64,000 bases of DNA from Aliiroseovarius sp. (GCF_965228805.1 NZ_CBDDIE010000003.1:511445-575444); one strand, 5' to 3'; positions 41,321 through 52,131 are shown, counted from the first letter of the stretch. Made by a program: numbers and translations. The notes: generated from the letters alone by a model not told the origin.

Positions 41321-41535
41321 AGCGCGGTGAGCAGCGGCGACGCGCCCGACCCTGGGTGGGCGCCTTCGCTGCCTGAGTTTGATCCAAGCCGCCCGCACCA
41401 AAGTCAACTTCGGTTAGGTTTGATACGTCGCAATGCGCCCTCCCGTGGGGAGGGTCGGGCGCGTCATGCCTGTGGCATGCTTTCAGCATGACGCTGCGCG
41501 GCTCCAGGTGAATCACTCTCGAAGCGCCGCGCCCC

Positions 41536-42702
41536 TCAATCTTGCCAGTCGCCCACGAACCCTTTCGGAATGCGCAGGATCGAGCGGTCCACGGTGTTGA
41601 TATCCGTGTGACCGCAGAAGGCCATGGAGATCTCCAGCTCCTTCTGGATCACCTCCAACGTCTTGGTCACGCCGGCCTCACCCATCGCACCCAGACCGTA
41701 GACGAAGGCACGGCCGATATAGGTGCCCTTGGCCCCCATCGCGACGGCCTTCAGCACGTCCTGGCCCGAGCGAATGCCGCTGTCCAGATGCACTTCGATC
41801 TTGTCGCCGACGGCATCCATGATCTCAGGCAGGGCGCGGATGGAACTCAGCGCGCCATCAAGCTGCCGCCCGCCATGGTTCGACACGATGATCGCGTCGG
41901 CGCCGACGTTCAGCGCCTCGCGCGCATCCACCGCCTCCATGATGCCCTTGATGATCAGCTTACCGTCCCACATCTTGCGGAACTGGCGAATGCGGTCCCA
42001 GTCGAGCGAGGGATCGAAGGCCTCGGCGGTCCAGGTGGCGAGCGACGACGGATCCTCGACCCCGTCCGCATGGCCGACGATATTGCCGAAGAAGCGCCGC
42101 TTGGTGCCCAGCATGCCCAGGCCCCAGCGCCACTTGGTCGCCAGGTTCAGCATGGTGGGAATGGTCAGTTTCGGCGGGGCGGACAGGCCGTTCTTCAGGT
42201 CCTTGTGCCGCTGACCCAGCATCTGCAGGTCGACCGTGATCACCACCGTATCGCAGCCCGCCGCCTTGGCCCGGTCGAACAGCCGCTGCATGAAATCGTC
42301 ATCCTTCAGCGTATAGACCTGGAACCAGAAGGGCTTGGTCGTGTGCTCGGCCACATCCTCGATCGAACAGATCGACATGGTCGAGAGGGTAAAGGGCACG
42401 CCGAACTTCTCGGCCGCACGGGCGGCCTTGATCTCGCCATCCGCATCCTGCATGCCGGTGAGCCCGACCGGGGCCAGCGCCACCGGCATCGACACGTCCT
42501 GCCCGATCATCTGCGTCGCGGTCGAACGGCCGTCCATGTCCACCGCCACCCGCTGGCGGAAGTAGAGCTGGTCGAAATCCGAGCTGTTCTCGCGAAAGGT
42601 CTGCTCGGTCCAGCTGCCGCTTTCGGCATAGTCATAGAACATCTTCGGCACCCGGCGCTTGTAGATGCGCTTGAGGTCTTCGATCTCGGTGATCACGGGC
42701 AT
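41536..42702 (-). CDS. lldD: FMN-dependent alpha-hydroxy acid dehydrogenase (L-lactate dehydrogenase, LldD-like)
   Basis: FMN-binding TIM barrel family (…SNHGGRQLDG…). Start at MPVITEI. Confidence 0.85.
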   Translation of the reverse strand: MPVITEIEDLKRIYKRRVPKMFYDYAESGSWTEQTFRENSSDFDQLYFRQRVAVDMDGRSTATQMIGQDVSMPVALAPVGLTGMQDADGEIKAARAAEKFGVPFTLSTMSICSIEDVAEHTTKPFWFQVYTLKDDDFMQRLFDRAKAAGCDTVVITVDLQMLGQRHKDLKNGLSAPPKLTIPTMLNLATKWRWGLGMLGTKRRFFGNIVGHADGVEDPSSLATWTAEAFDPSLDWDRIRQFRKMWDGKLIIKGIMEAVDAREALNVGADAIIVSNHGGRQLDGALSSIRALPEIMDAVGDKIEVHLDSGIRSGQDVLKAVAMGAKGTYIGRAFVYGLGAMGEAGVTKTLEVIQKELEISMAFCGHTDINTVDRSILRIPKGFVGDWQD

Positions 42703-42863
42703 GGGCGACTCCCTCTCGGAAAATTGGTCAAGTTTTCTTACCAGAGACTTTCGGCGTAGGCAATGAATTGGTTTGCCCCGTGGCAAAGCGCCCCAATCGC
42801 CGCCGGTCGGGCAACACGATTTCGGCGACAGGCGGGAAGGTAAATGCGAAGATCAGGAAGGGG

Positions 42864-43424
42864 TTAGAGCCCCTTCACGGCCTGATGCCGGGGACAGTTC
42901 ACCAAGTGGTCGTTCACCAGACCGCAGGCCTGCATCCAGGCATAAACGATGGTTGGACCGCAGAAACGGAACCCTGCCCTCTTCAAATCCCTGGACACCT
43001 GCTGCGACAAAGCCGTCTGGGCAGGCACCTCTGCCAGGGTGGCAAAAGCGTTCTGGATCGGCTGCCCATCCACATAGGCCCAGATCATGTCGCGAAAGGC
43101 ATCGGCCCCGCCCAGATCCAGGTAGGCTTGCGCGTTGCCGATGGTCGCCTCGATCTTGCCGCGATGGCGCACGATACCGGGATCGGCCAGCAGTCGGGCG
43201 ACCTCAGCCTCGCCCCAGGTTGCGATGATTTCGGGCTCGAACCCCTGGAACGCGGCGCGAAAGGCCTCCCGCTTGCGCAGGATGGTGATCCAGCTGAGCC
43301 CGGCCTGGAACCCGTCGAGAATCAGCTTCTCCCACAGGGCCCTTCCGTCCCGTTCCGGCACGCCCCATTCAGTGTCATGATATTCGCAATACAGCGCATC
43401 TTCGCCGCACCAACCGCACCGTTC
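42864..43424 (-). CDS. tag: DNA-3-methyladenine glycosylase I
   Basis: Tag family motifs (CGWCG…YHDTEWGVP…). ~186 aa. Confidence 0.88.
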   Translation of the reverse strand, partial: ERCGWCGEDALYCEYHDTEWGVPERDGRALWEKLILDGFQAGLSWITILRKREAFRAAFQGFEPEIIATWGEAEVARLLADPGIVRHRGKIEATIGNAQAYLDLGGADAFRDMIWAYVDGQPIQNAFATLAEVPAQTALSQQVSRDLKRAGFRFCGPTIVYAWMQACGLVNDHLVNCPRHQAVKGL

Positions 43425-43525
43425 CATCTTTTTCCCTGTTTTCAAGCCCTTAACCGAACGCGCCCAAAACCGTTAAAAATAAGGGCAAATCCCGTCTTTT
43501 ACAGGTTTTTAGCAGATGAGGCGCC

Positions 43526-44398
43526 ATGATGTCCCAACCTGAATTGGAGAGATGTCGGATGAGCGAGCACATGAAGATGGGGGCAGGCGATCCCGAAGCG
43601 GTCTGGAGCAGCCCGCTCGATCACGCGATCAACCAACGTGACAAGGACACGCTGGAGATGGTGCGCAAGGCCGTCGGCGCCAAACAGATCGAACTGGCCT
43701 ACCAGCCCGTGGTCCAGGCGGCCCGCCCCGAACAGGTGGCTTTCTACGAAGGGCTGATCCGCGTGCTGGACGACAGCGGCCGGGTGATCCCCGCGAAGGA
43801 TTTCATCGACGTGGTCGAAAACCAGGAAATCGGTCGAGTTCTGGATACGCTGGCGCTGGAAAAGGGGCTGATGTCCCTGGCGGATGAGCCCAGCTTGCGC
43901 CTGTCGATCAACATGTCGGCCCGTTCCATCGGCTATCCGCGCTGGAACGAGACGATGAAACACTGGCTGGCGCATGACCCGCTGATCGGCGAGCGGTTGA
44001 TCCTCGAGATCACCGAACGCACCGCGATTGTCATGCCGGACCTGGTCCAGGTCTTCATGGCCGATCTGCAGTCGCGCGGCATCTCCTTCGCCCTGGATGA
44101 TTTCGGCTCGGGCTATACCGCCTTCCGCTATCTCAAGGATTTCTATTTCGACATCCTCAAGATCGACGGCGAGTTCATCAAGGACATCCACTCGAGCCCG
44201 GACAACCAGGTGCTGACCCAGGCGCTTCTGTCGGTGGCACGCCATTTCGACATGTTCACCGTGGCCGAAAGCGTCGAGACGCTGGAGGATGCAGAATTCC
44301 TGGCCTCGATCGGGGTGGATTGCATGCAGGGCTATTTCTTCGGCGCACCGACCATACGCCCCTGGTGGAAACAGGAAGACCAGCGCGCCCACGCCTGA
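43526..44398 (+). CDS. EAL-domain protein (c-di-GMP phosphodiesterase-like)
   Basis: ELAYQPVV… EAL signature and conserved catalytic residues (DDFGSGYT…). Confidence 0.8.
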   Translation: MMSQPELERCRMSEHMKMGAGDPEAVWSSPLDHAINQRDKDTLEMVRKAVGAKQIELAYQPVVQAARPEQVAFYEGLIRVLDDSGRVIPAKDFIDVVENQEIGRVLDTLALEKGLMSLADEPSLRLSINMSARSIGYPRWNETMKHWLAHDPLIGERLILEITERTAIVMPDLVQVFMADLQSRGISFALDDFGSGYTAFRYLKDFYFDILKIDGEFIKDIHSSPDNQVLTQALLSVARHFDMFTVAESVETLEDAEFLASIGVDCMQGYFFGAPTIRPWWKQEDQRAHA

Positions 44399-44632
44399 TC
44401 CGGCGCATCAAGCGACGCGCGAACGCCCCGTCCAAACGGGGGCGCAGGGTTGAATACCGTCGCCTTTCCCTTCAAATCCGTCAGCCCGCGCAAGCGCGGG
44501 TTGATTTTTTCTGCAACGCAGCATATGCCCATCCTGACGGAATGCCGCGGAAGGAGGATTCGGGCTGTTCCTGTTCAGGGGGCACCCGTACTGTGACCGC
44601 AACGTCACTGACACGAGGTAGAGGACCACATC

Positions 44633-45811
44633 ATGACCAATGTCGTTATCGTTTCCGCCGCCCGGACTGCCGTTGGCAGCTTCTCGGGCTCGTTCGCCAA
44701 CACCCCGGCCCATGACCTGGGCGCCGCCGTGCTGGAGGCGATCGTAGAGCGCGCCGGCATCGACAAGGCAGAGGTTTCCGAAACCATCCTCGGCCAGGTG
44801 CTGCAAGCAGGCCAAGGCCAGAACCCGGCCCGCCAGGCGCACATCAACGCCGGGCTGCCGCAGGAAAGCGCCGCCTGGGCGATCAACCAGGTCTGCGGTT
44901 CGGGCCTGCGCACCGTCGCGCTGGCCGCGCAGCACATCCAGCTGGGTGATGCGGGCATCGTTGCCGCCGGCGGCCAGGAAAACATGTCGCTGAGCCCCCA
45001 CGTCGCGCACCTGCGCGCAGGCTACAAGATGGGCGACATGAAATTCATCGACACGATGATCAAGGACGGGTTGTGGGACGCTTTCAACGGCTACCACATG
45101 GGGCAGACCGCCGAGAACGTTGCCGAACAGTGGCAGATCACCCGCGACATGCAGGATGAATTCGCCGTTGCCTCGCAGAACAAGGCCGAAGCCGCTCAGA
45201 AAGCTGGCAAGTTCGCCGACGAGATCGTGCCCTTCACCGTGAAGACCCGCAAGGGCGACATCATCGTCGATCAGGACGAATACATCCGCCACGGCGCCAC
45301 CATGGAAGCGATGCAGAAACTGCGCCCCGCCTTCGTGCGTGACGGCGGCACCGTGACCGCCGCGAACGCCTCGGGCATCAACGACGGCGCCGCCGCCGTG
45401 CTGCTGATGTCGGCCGAGGAAGCCGAGAAACGTGGCCTGGAGCCTCTGGCCCGCATCGCCTCCTACGCCACCGCCGGGCTGGACCCGTCGATCATGGGCG
45501 TCGGCCCGATCCATGCAAGCCGCAAGGCGCTGGACAAGGCCGGCTGGAACGCCGCTGACCTGGACCTGGTCGAGGCCAACGAAGCCTTCGCGGCCCAGGC
45601 CTGCGCGGTGAACAAGGACATGGACTGGGATCCGGCCAAGGTAAACGTGAACGGCGGCGCGATCGCCATCGGTCACCCGATCGGCGCCTCGGGCTGCCGC
45701 ATCCTGAACACCCTGCTGTTCGAGATGAAGCGCTCGGACGCCAAGAAGGGCCTGGCCACGCTCTGCATCGGTGGCGGCATGGGCGTCGCAATGTGCCTGG
45801 AGCGCCCGTAA
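44633..45811 (+). CDS. phaA: Acetyl-CoA C-acetyltransferase (beta-ketothiolase)
   Basis: Thiolase motifs ([21 protein letters not shown]). Confidence 0.93.
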   Translation: MTNVVIVSAARTAVGSFSGSFANTPAHDLGAAVLEAIVERAGIDKAEVSETILGQVLQAGQGQNPARQAHINAGLPQESAAWAINQVCGSGLRTVALAAQHIQLGDAGIVAAGGQENMSLSPHVAHLRAGYKMGDMKFIDTMIKDGLWDAFNGYHMGQTAENVAEQWQITRDMQDEFAVASQNKAEAAQKAGKFADEIVPFTVKTRKGDIIVDQDEYIRHGATMEAMQKLRPAFVRDGGTVTAANASGINDGAAAVLLMSAEEAEKRGLEPLARIASYATAGLDPSIMGVGPIHASRKALDKAGWNAADLDLVEANEAFAAQACAVNKDMDWDPAKVNVNGGAIAIGHPIGASGCRILNTLLFEMKRSDAKKGLATLCIGGGMGVAMCLERP

Positions 45812-45829
45812 GGGTTGGGAAACGCCATG

Positions 45830-45857
45830 AAAAAGGGCGCTGCGGCGCCCTTTTTTG
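45830..45857 (+). terminator. Rho-independent terminator after phaA
   Basis: aaaaagggcgctgcggcgcccttttttg. Confidence 0.7.
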
Positions 45858-45976
45858 TATCAGTTAAGTAAAAAACGCTGCGTCGCGGCAAAATGTTTGC
45901 GCAATAATGTTGCGCGCATGCAATTCTCTGAGTAATCAAGTTACCGAGGAAGAGATTCGCCAAATTGGAGGGACAT

Positions 45977-46699
45977 ATGGCTAAAGTTGCACTCGTCACC
46001 GGGGGCTCGCGCGGCATCGGTGCTGCGATTTCCAAGAAACTGAAGGCTGACGGCTACGAGGTCGCCGCCACCTATGCCGGGAACGACGAGGCCGCCGCCA
46101 AGTTCACCGAAGAGACCGGCATCAAGACCTACAAGTGGAATGTCGGCGACTATGACAGCTCGGCCGAAGGCATCGCCAAGGTCGAGGCCGACCTGGGCCC
46201 GATCGACGTGGTCGTCGCCAACGCGGGCATCACCCGCGACGCGCCCTTCCACAAGATGACCAAGGACCAGTGGCAGCAGGTGATCGACACCAACCTGACC
46301 GGCGTGTTCAACACCGTGCACCCGATCTGGCCCGGCATGCGTGAACGCAAGTTCGGCCGTGTCATCGTGATCAGCTCGATCAACGGTCAGAAGGGCCAGT
46401 TCGGCCAGGTCAACTATGCCGCCACCAAGGCAGGCGACCTGGGCATCGTGAAATCTCTGGCCCAGGAAGGCGCGCGTTTCGGCATCACCGCCAATGCCAT
46501 CTGCCCGGGCTATATCGGCACCGAAATGGTCATGGCCGTGCCGGAGAAGGTGCGCGAAGCGATCATCGGTCAGATCCCGGCCGGTCGTCTGGGCGAACCC
46601 GAGGAAATCGCCCGTTGCGTGGCCTTCCTGGCCGCTGACGACAGCGAGTTCATCAACGGCTCGACCATCTCGGCCAACGGTGCGCAGTTCTTCGTGTAA
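45977..46699 (+). CDS. phaB: Acetoacetyl-CoA reductase
   Basis: SDR TGGSRGIG…, 240 aa, adjacent to phaA. Confidence 0.92.
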   Translation: MAKVALVTGGSRGIGAAISKKLKADGYEVAATYAGNDEAAAKFTEETGIKTYKWNVGDYDSSAEGIAKVEADLGPIDVVVANAGITRDAPFHKMTKDQWQQVIDTNLTGVFNTVHPIWPGMRERKFGRVIVISSINGQKGQFGQVNYAATKAGDLGIVKSLAQEGARFGITANAICPGYIGTEMVMAVPEKVREAIIGQIPAGRLGEPEEIARCVAFLAADDSEFINGSTISANGAQFFV

Positions 46700-46989
46700 G
46701 ACTGTCACCTCTGGAAAAACCGAAGGGCCGGTCACGAAGACCGGCCCTTTTTCGTCGGCGACCTGTCAGCCCTTGCGGTGGAACAGCCAGTTCCAGGCGG
46801 CCCGCACGGCCATGGCGCGTTCGTAATGGGCCCGGGCGTAGATCGCCGTCATGGCGGGGGTGGTTGCAGCTTCCAACATCAGCGCTCTCCTTTTATCAAG
46901 CATTCCTGAACTGTCCTAAACATGGGCCTCTCTCACTAAAGAAACAAACGAGACTTCACAGCCAATCAGTTAAGTGATACTTGTCTGAC

Positions 46990-47937
46990 ATGTCTGACCG
47001 CCTGCCCCCTCTCACAGCCCTGCGCGCCTTTGACGCCGCCGCCCGCCACATGTCGTTTCAGGAGGCCGCGGCCGAGTTGAACGTGACCCCCGCCGCCCTG
47101 TCCTTTCAGATCAAGTCGCTGGAACAGCATCTGGGCACGCCGGTGTTTCATCGGCTCAATCGTGCGGTGGAACTGACCGAAGCCGGGCGGGTTCTGGCCC
47201 CCGGCGTCAAGGACGGGTTCGAGACCCTGACCACCGCCTGGCGCGCCGCACTGCGCCTGCAGGACAACCGCACCCTGACGGTGACAGCGGGCCCCGCCTT
47301 TACCGCGAAATGGCTGGCCCCGCGACTTTACGATTTCGCCCGCGCCCACCCGGATATCGACCTGCGCTTCTCGGCCAGCCTGCGTATGATGGATTTCACC
47401 CGGGATGAGGTAGACGTGGCGATCCGGTTCGGCCGCGGTGATGACAGCGGGCTGTATTCCCTGCCTCTGCGCCGGGAATGGATGACGCCGGTGATGACCC
47501 CGGAAATGGCACGCCAATATCCGACCCCCGAAAGCCTGCGCGACGCCCCCATCCTGTTCGACGAGTCGATCGACTTCCTGAAACCGGCCTGCGACTGGCC
47601 GACCTGGTTTCGCGCTGTCGGCATGGATTTCGCACCTGAACACGGCCCGCGATTCTCGCAAGCCGACCACGCGGTGGATGCGGCCATTGCGGGGGCGGGC
47701 GTGGTACTGGGCCGCCGTGCGATGGTGGTGCGCGCCCTGCATGAGGGCACGCTGGTCGCGCCCTACAAGATCGCGCTGCTCAGCCAGGCCCGATTCCGGT
47801 TCCTGTGCCAGAAGGGCGCCGAGGACCGGCCCCAGATCAAGGCCTTTCGCGATTGGGTGCTGAGCGAGCTGGAAAAAACCGCCCATGTCTCGGACGCATT
47901 GAGCTTTGTTCCGGTCGCGGACGTCGCAGCCACATGA
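46990..47937 (+). CDS. LysR-family transcriptional regulator
   Basis: N-terminal HTH (LRAFDAAARHMSFQEAAAELNVTPAALSFQIKSLE) plus LysR substrate domain. Confidence 0.85.
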   Translation: MSDRLPPLTALRAFDAAARHMSFQEAAAELNVTPAALSFQIKSLEQHLGTPVFHRLNRAVELTEAGRVLAPGVKDGFETLTTAWRAALRLQDNRTLTVTAGPAFTAKWLAPRLYDFARAHPDIDLRFSASLRMMDFTRDEVDVAIRFGRGDDSGLYSLPLRREWMTPVMTPEMARQYPTPESLRDAPILFDESIDFLKPACDWPTWFRAVGMDFAPEHGPRFSQADHAVDAAIAGAGVVLGRRAMVVRALHEGTLVAPYKIALLSQARFRFLCQKGAEDRPQIKAFRDWVLSELEKTAHVSDALSFVPVADVAAT

Positions 47938-48809
47938 CGCGCAGGCAGGCCACTGGAATCGGCTTTGTCGCCGTGCTGCTCTGGGCACTTCTGGCGCTGT
48001 TCACCGTGGGGTCCGCGCCGGTGCCGCCCTTTCAGCTGAACGCTATGTGCTTTGCCATCGGCGGCATAATCGGGTTGGTCTGGACCGGCATGACGGGCGG
48101 ATTCGGGGTGCTGCGTAGCATTTCCTGGCGCGTCTATGCCTTCGGCACAGCCGGGCTGTTCGGCTATCACTTCTTATATTTCTCGGCCCTGCGCATGGCC
48201 CCCGCAGCCGAAGCCGGGCTGATCGCCTATCTCTGGCCGCTGCTGATCGTGCTGTTTTCCGGACTTTTGCCAGGAGAACACCTGCGCGGCGGCCATGTGT
48301 TGGGCGCATTAATCAGCTTTGCGGGCGCGGCGCTGATCGTGCTGGGTGGCGCGACCGGGTTCGATGGCTCCGCCCTGCCTGGCTTTGCCCTGGCCGCGCT
48401 CTGCGCGCTGACCTGGTCGGGCTATTCGGTGTTGTCACGCCGGTTGGGCGACACCCCCACCGCCTCGGTCGCGGTATTCTGTCTGGCCACCGCGGTGCTG
48501 TCAGGGGCCGCGCATCTGGCGCTGGAGGAGACGGTCGCGCCTGTCGGCGCGCTCGGCTGGGCGTCCGTGTTCGGACTGGGGCTCGGCCCGGTCGGGCTGG
48601 CTTTCTATGTCTGGGATGTGGGGGTGAAACGGGGCGACATCCAACTGTTGGGCGTGGCGTCCTATGCAGCGCCTCTGCTGTCGACCCTGGCCTTGATCCT
48701 GGCCGGTGTGGCCCAAGCCACCTGGCCCCTTCTGGTTGCGGCGGTATTGATCACCGGGGGCGCTGCGCTGGCCGCGAATGCAAGCGCACGGGCCAGCGCC
48801 AAGGTGTGA
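47934..48809 (+). CDS. DMT-superfamily (EamA-like) transporter
   Basis: Ten TM helices, two EamA halves. ATGA overlap with the LysR stop. Confidence 0.75.
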   Translation: MTRRQATGIGFVAVLLWALLALFTVGSAPVPPFQLNAMCFAIGGIIGLVWTGMTGGFGVLRSISWRVYAFGTAGLFGYHFLYFSALRMAPAAEAGLIAYLWPLLIVLFSGLLPGEHLRGGHVLGALISFAGAALIVLGGATGFDGSALPGFALAALCALTWSGYSVLSRRLGDTPTASVAVFCLATAVLSGAAHLALEETVAPVGALGWASVFGLGLGPVGLAFYVWDVGVKRGDIQLLGVASYAAPLLSTLALILAGVAQATWPLLVAAVLITGGAALAANASARASAKV

Positions 48810-48840
48810 GCGGGGCGCCGAGGGCACCCCTTTGCGCATG

Positions 48841-49014
48841 TCACGCGGTGGCGGTCGACAGGCGCTCGATCTCTTCCTTGAGCTTGAGTTTCTGCTTCTT
48901 CAGCTCGCTGATTTCCTGGTCGCTCGATCCCGGCGCGCGTTGCACCTCTTCGACCTTTTCAGAGAGGAGTTCGTGTTTCTTCCGAAGTTCTTCCAGATGC
49001 GAACTCATGCTCAT
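48841..49014 (-). CDS. DUF465 (YdcH-like) small protein
   Basis: HLEELRKKHELLSEKV…LKKQKLKLKEEIERL. Confidence 0.6.
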   Translation of the reverse strand: MSMSSHLEELRKKHELLSEKVEEVQRAPGSSDQEISELKKQKLKLKEEIERLSTATA

Positions 49015-49236
49015 GGGCGTATCTCCTCTGACTGTTTTGCCCACCGAGTGCAGCATACTTTCAAAGCTTTGTCACGCGCCTGTTGCAAAGAGATTGAGGC
49101 GATTACGTCGCACCTTCCGCCACCCACTCCCGTGTGGGTTCTGCTATGCTCTCTTGCCACGGTTGCGATCCCGCGCACGCGGCATGCGTGCCGGGAGCAG
49201 ACACCGGGCGGTGAGCAGAGCTGGACTGCTGGAGGT

Positions 49237-49998
49237 TTACCAGAGCGGGAATGCCGCCCCGTCGCGCAGGATCGCGCTGACTTCGGGGCGGTAGCTTTCC
49301 GCGTCGCCCACATGCTCAGCCCCGTCATGCAGGATCAGCGGTGTGGCCAGGCGGAACGCCCCGCGCCCGCCCTTGCGGGCCTGAACCAAAACCAGAACCG
49401 CCGCACGCCCTTCGCGCGGGCAGAGCGGTTTGACCAGCACCGACCCCAGGCGATCATCCATCGCGCCCAGGATTTCCGGCAACCGCTCGGCCTTCTGGAT
49501 CATGGTCAGGAAACCCTTGTGCTTCAGACGCTTGGTCGCGACATCAACCCAGTCACGCAGCGGCGTATCCTCGACCAAGGCAGCCTCACGGATCGGATCG
49601 GGCGCCACGGTGCCACGATCGCGCAGGTGATAGGGCGGGTTCATGATGACGTGATCAAAGCTCTCTTCCTTCACCGCATCAGGCAACTGCGTCAAGTCGC
49701 AGTGATGCACATCCATCGGAATCGAGTTTTCAAACGCGTTCTTGTCACAGAGGTCGGCATATTCCTCCATCCGTTCGACGCCGACGATGCGCAGCCCCGG
49801 AACGCGGCGCCCCAGGCACAGGGCAGCAGCGCCAACGCCGCAGCCGAGCTCCAGGATGCTTTCACCCTCATGCGCAGCGATTGAGGCGGCCAGAAACACG
49901 GGATCCACCCCCGCGCGGTACCCATTGCGGGGTTGGAACAGCATAACGTCCCCGCCCAGAAACTTGTCCGCGGTCACCGCGTCACGTGCAAAACCCAT
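49237..49998 (-). CDS. N6-adenine methyltransferase, tRNA1(Val) m6A37 (YfiC/TrmN6)-like
   Basis: SAM motif ILELGCGVGA and the NPPY catalytic tetrad. Confidence 0.75.
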   Translation of the reverse strand: MGFARDAVTADKFLGGDVMLFQPRNGYRAGVDPVFLAASIAAHEGESILELGCGVGAAALCLGRRVPGLRIVGVERMEEYADLCDKNAFENSIPMDVHHCDLTQLPDAVKEESFDHVIMNPPYHLRDRGTVAPDPIREAALVEDTPLRDWVDVATKRLKHKGFLTMIQKAERLPEILGAMDDRLGSVLVKPLCPREGRAAVLVLVQARKGGRGAFRLATPLILHDGAEHVGDAESYRPEVSAILRDGAAFPLW

Positions 49999-49999
49999 A

Positions 50000-50215
50000 C
50001 TAACCCTCCAGTTCAACGTCATTGTCCCGCAGGATCGCGCGGGCTCGAAACAGGTCCTGATCCCGGACCATAAGGCGACGAGGTAAAATTCCTATTGATC
50101 CCTCAAGCGTGCTCATATGGACGTCCATGGCAAAGCAGTCTATACCTTCGCCCGCAAGAAGGGCGGTTGCGTAGGGGATCAACGTCGGGTTGGTTGTGCG
50201 CAGAAGCTCTTTCAT
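50000..50215 (-). CDS. DUF2007-like small protein
   Basis: 71-aa ORF from MKELLRTTNPTL…; weak family resemblance. Confidence 0.5.
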   Translation of the reverse strand: MKELLRTTNPTLIPYATALLAGEGIDCFAMDVHMSTLEGSIGILPRRLMVRDQDLFRARAILRDNDVELEG

Positions 50216-50289
50216 GATCAGATACTTAAGGGCAAACCCCCGGGTTTGTCGAGACACAGGACCCCAGGGCGGGTCGGGGTGACGGGAAC

Positions 50290-51291
50290 GTGAAGATGCT
50301 GGACGAAGCCGCAACCAAGCCGCATGAGCGTCTGGGCAAACATTTGGCCGAGGACATGAATTCGGTCAATGAACTGATTCGCGCCCGTATGGCATCGAAA
50401 CATGCCCCCCGCATTCCCGAGGTCACCGCGCATCTGGTCGAGGCTGGCGGAAAGCGCCTGCGCCCGATGCTGACCCTGGCCGCTGCGCGCATGTGTGGCT
50501 ACGAGGGCCCCTATCACGTGCACCTGGCCGCCACCGTCGAGTTCATCCACACCGCCACCCTGTTGCATGACGACGTGGTCGATGAAAGTGCGCAGCGACG
50601 TGGGCGGCCGACCGCCAACCTGCTCTGGGACAACAAGTCCAGCGTGTTGGTCGGCGACTACCTGTTCTCGCGCTCGTTCCAGCTGATGACCGAAACCGGC
50701 TCGCTGGAGGTGCTGCGCATCCTGTCCAACGCCTCGGCGACAATCGCGGAAGGCGAGGTGCTGCAGTTGACCGCCGCACAGGACCTGGCCACGGATGAAG
50801 CCATCTATCTGCAGGTCGTGCGCGGCAAGACCGCCGCGCTGTTCTCGGCGGCAACCGAAGTGGGTGGGGTCATTGCCGGTGCGGGCGAGGCCCATGTGAA
50901 GGCTCTGTTCGACTACGGCGACGCGCTGGGGATTTCCTTCCAGATCGTCGATGACCTGCTGGACTACTGGGGCGGCGACGCGACCGGCAAGAACATCGGC
51001 GACGACTTCCGCGAGCGCAAGCTGACCCTGCCGGTGATCAAGGCCGTGGCCAAGGCGGATGCTGAAGAGCGCGCCTTCTGGACCCGCACGATCGAGAAGG
51101 GCCGTCAGGAAGAGGGCGACCTTGAGACCGCGCTGGCGCTTCTGAACAAGCACAATGCGCTGGAAGAGACCCGCCAGGAGGCGCTGGCCTGGGCCGAGAA
51201 GGCCAAGGCCGCCATGGCGCAACTGCCCGAGGGGGATATCCGCCAGATGCTGACGGATATTGCCGACTATGTGGTGGCGCGGGTGAACTGA
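50290..51291 (+). CDS. ispB: Polyprenyl diphosphate synthase (octa/decaprenyl-diphosphate synthase)
   Basis: Two Asp-rich motifs: LLHDDVVDES and FQIVDDLLD. Confidence 0.9.
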   Translation: MKMLDEAATKPHERLGKHLAEDMNSVNELIRARMASKHAPRIPEVTAHLVEAGGKRLRPMLTLAAARMCGYEGPYHVHLAATVEFIHTATLLHDDVVDESAQRRGRPTANLLWDNKSSVLVGDYLFSRSFQLMTETGSLEVLRILSNASATIAEGEVLQLTAAQDLATDEAIYLQVVRGKTAALFSAATEVGGVIAGAGEAHVKALFDYGDALGISFQIVDDLLDYWGGDATGKNIGDDFRERKLTLPVIKAVAKADAEERAFWTRTIEKGRQEEGDLETALALLNKHNALEETRQEALAWAEKAKAAMAQLPEGDIRQMLTDIADYVVARVN

Positions 51292-51297
51292 CCCACT

Positions 51298-52125
51298 TCA
51301 GCTGAGTTTTGTCGCCTGCACCCACCAACCCGGATGGGTTTGCGCAAGCTGCTCTGCCGCCTGAGCGGCCTTCTCGGTTGTGGGGAACAAGCCGAAACAG
51401 GTCGCACCCGAACCGGACATGCGGGAGAGCGTGGCGCCCTCGCAGCCGTCCAAAGCCTCCAGCACTTCGGCAATCACCGGCGCCTGGGCAATGGCAGGCG
51501 CCTCCAGATCATTGCGCTGGGTCGCGAGCCAATCGGTCAGCGAGGCGGCGTCCTTCCAGCGCGGTAGACGTTTGGGCATGGGCGCGTTCTTCTTCTGCTC
51601 CAGCGCCTTGAACACGGTCGGCGTGGGCACATCCACGCCCGGGTTCACCAACACCGCGTGCAGCACCGGCAGACCTGCCACCGGTTCGACCACCTCGCCG
51701 ATCCCCGACATGCGCGCGGCCTGACGCAGCAGGCAGACCCGCACATCCGCGCCCAGCACGGAGACATCCGGCAGGCGCTTTTCTTCCAGCAGATCGGCAA
51801 TTGCCAGGACCGTCGCCGCCGCATCCGAACTGCCGCCACCGATCCCCGCCGCCGCTGGCAGGTGTTTCGACAGAACCATACGCACCGGCACGCCAAACAG
51901 GTCCGCCGCTTTCATGACCAGGTTCGACCCATCCGTCGGCACCCCGTCGGCCATCGGCCCGGTGACCTCCAACGACAGGCTGTCGGCCGGCATGACAGTC
52001 ACCCGGTCGCCCACATCGGCGAAGGCCACCAGGCTGTCGAGCAGATGATAGCCATCCGCCCGCTGCCCGGTCACATGCAGGGTCAGGTTTACCTTGGCGG
52101 GGGCAAAGGCCTTGAGAATGCTCAT
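51298..52125 (-). CDS. ispE: 4-diphosphocytidyl-2-C-methyl-D-erythritol kinase
   Basis: GHMP kinase motifs (PAKVNLTLHVTG, PAAAGIGGGSSDAAA). Confidence 0.92.
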   Translation of the reverse strand: MSILKAFAPAKVNLTLHVTGQRADGYHLLDSLVAFADVGDRVTVMPADSLSLEVTGPMADGVPTDGSNLVMKAADLFGVPVRMVLSKHLPAAAGIGGGSSDAAATVLAIADLLEEKRLPDVSVLGADVRVCLLRQAARMSGIGEVVEPVAGLPVLHAVLVNPGVDVPTPTVFKALEQKKNAPMPKRLPRWKDAASLTDWLATQRNDLEAPAIAQAPVIAEVLEALDGCEGATLSRMSGSGATCFGLFPTTEKAAQAAEQLAQTHPGWWVQATKLS

Positions 52126-52131
52126 GCGCGT

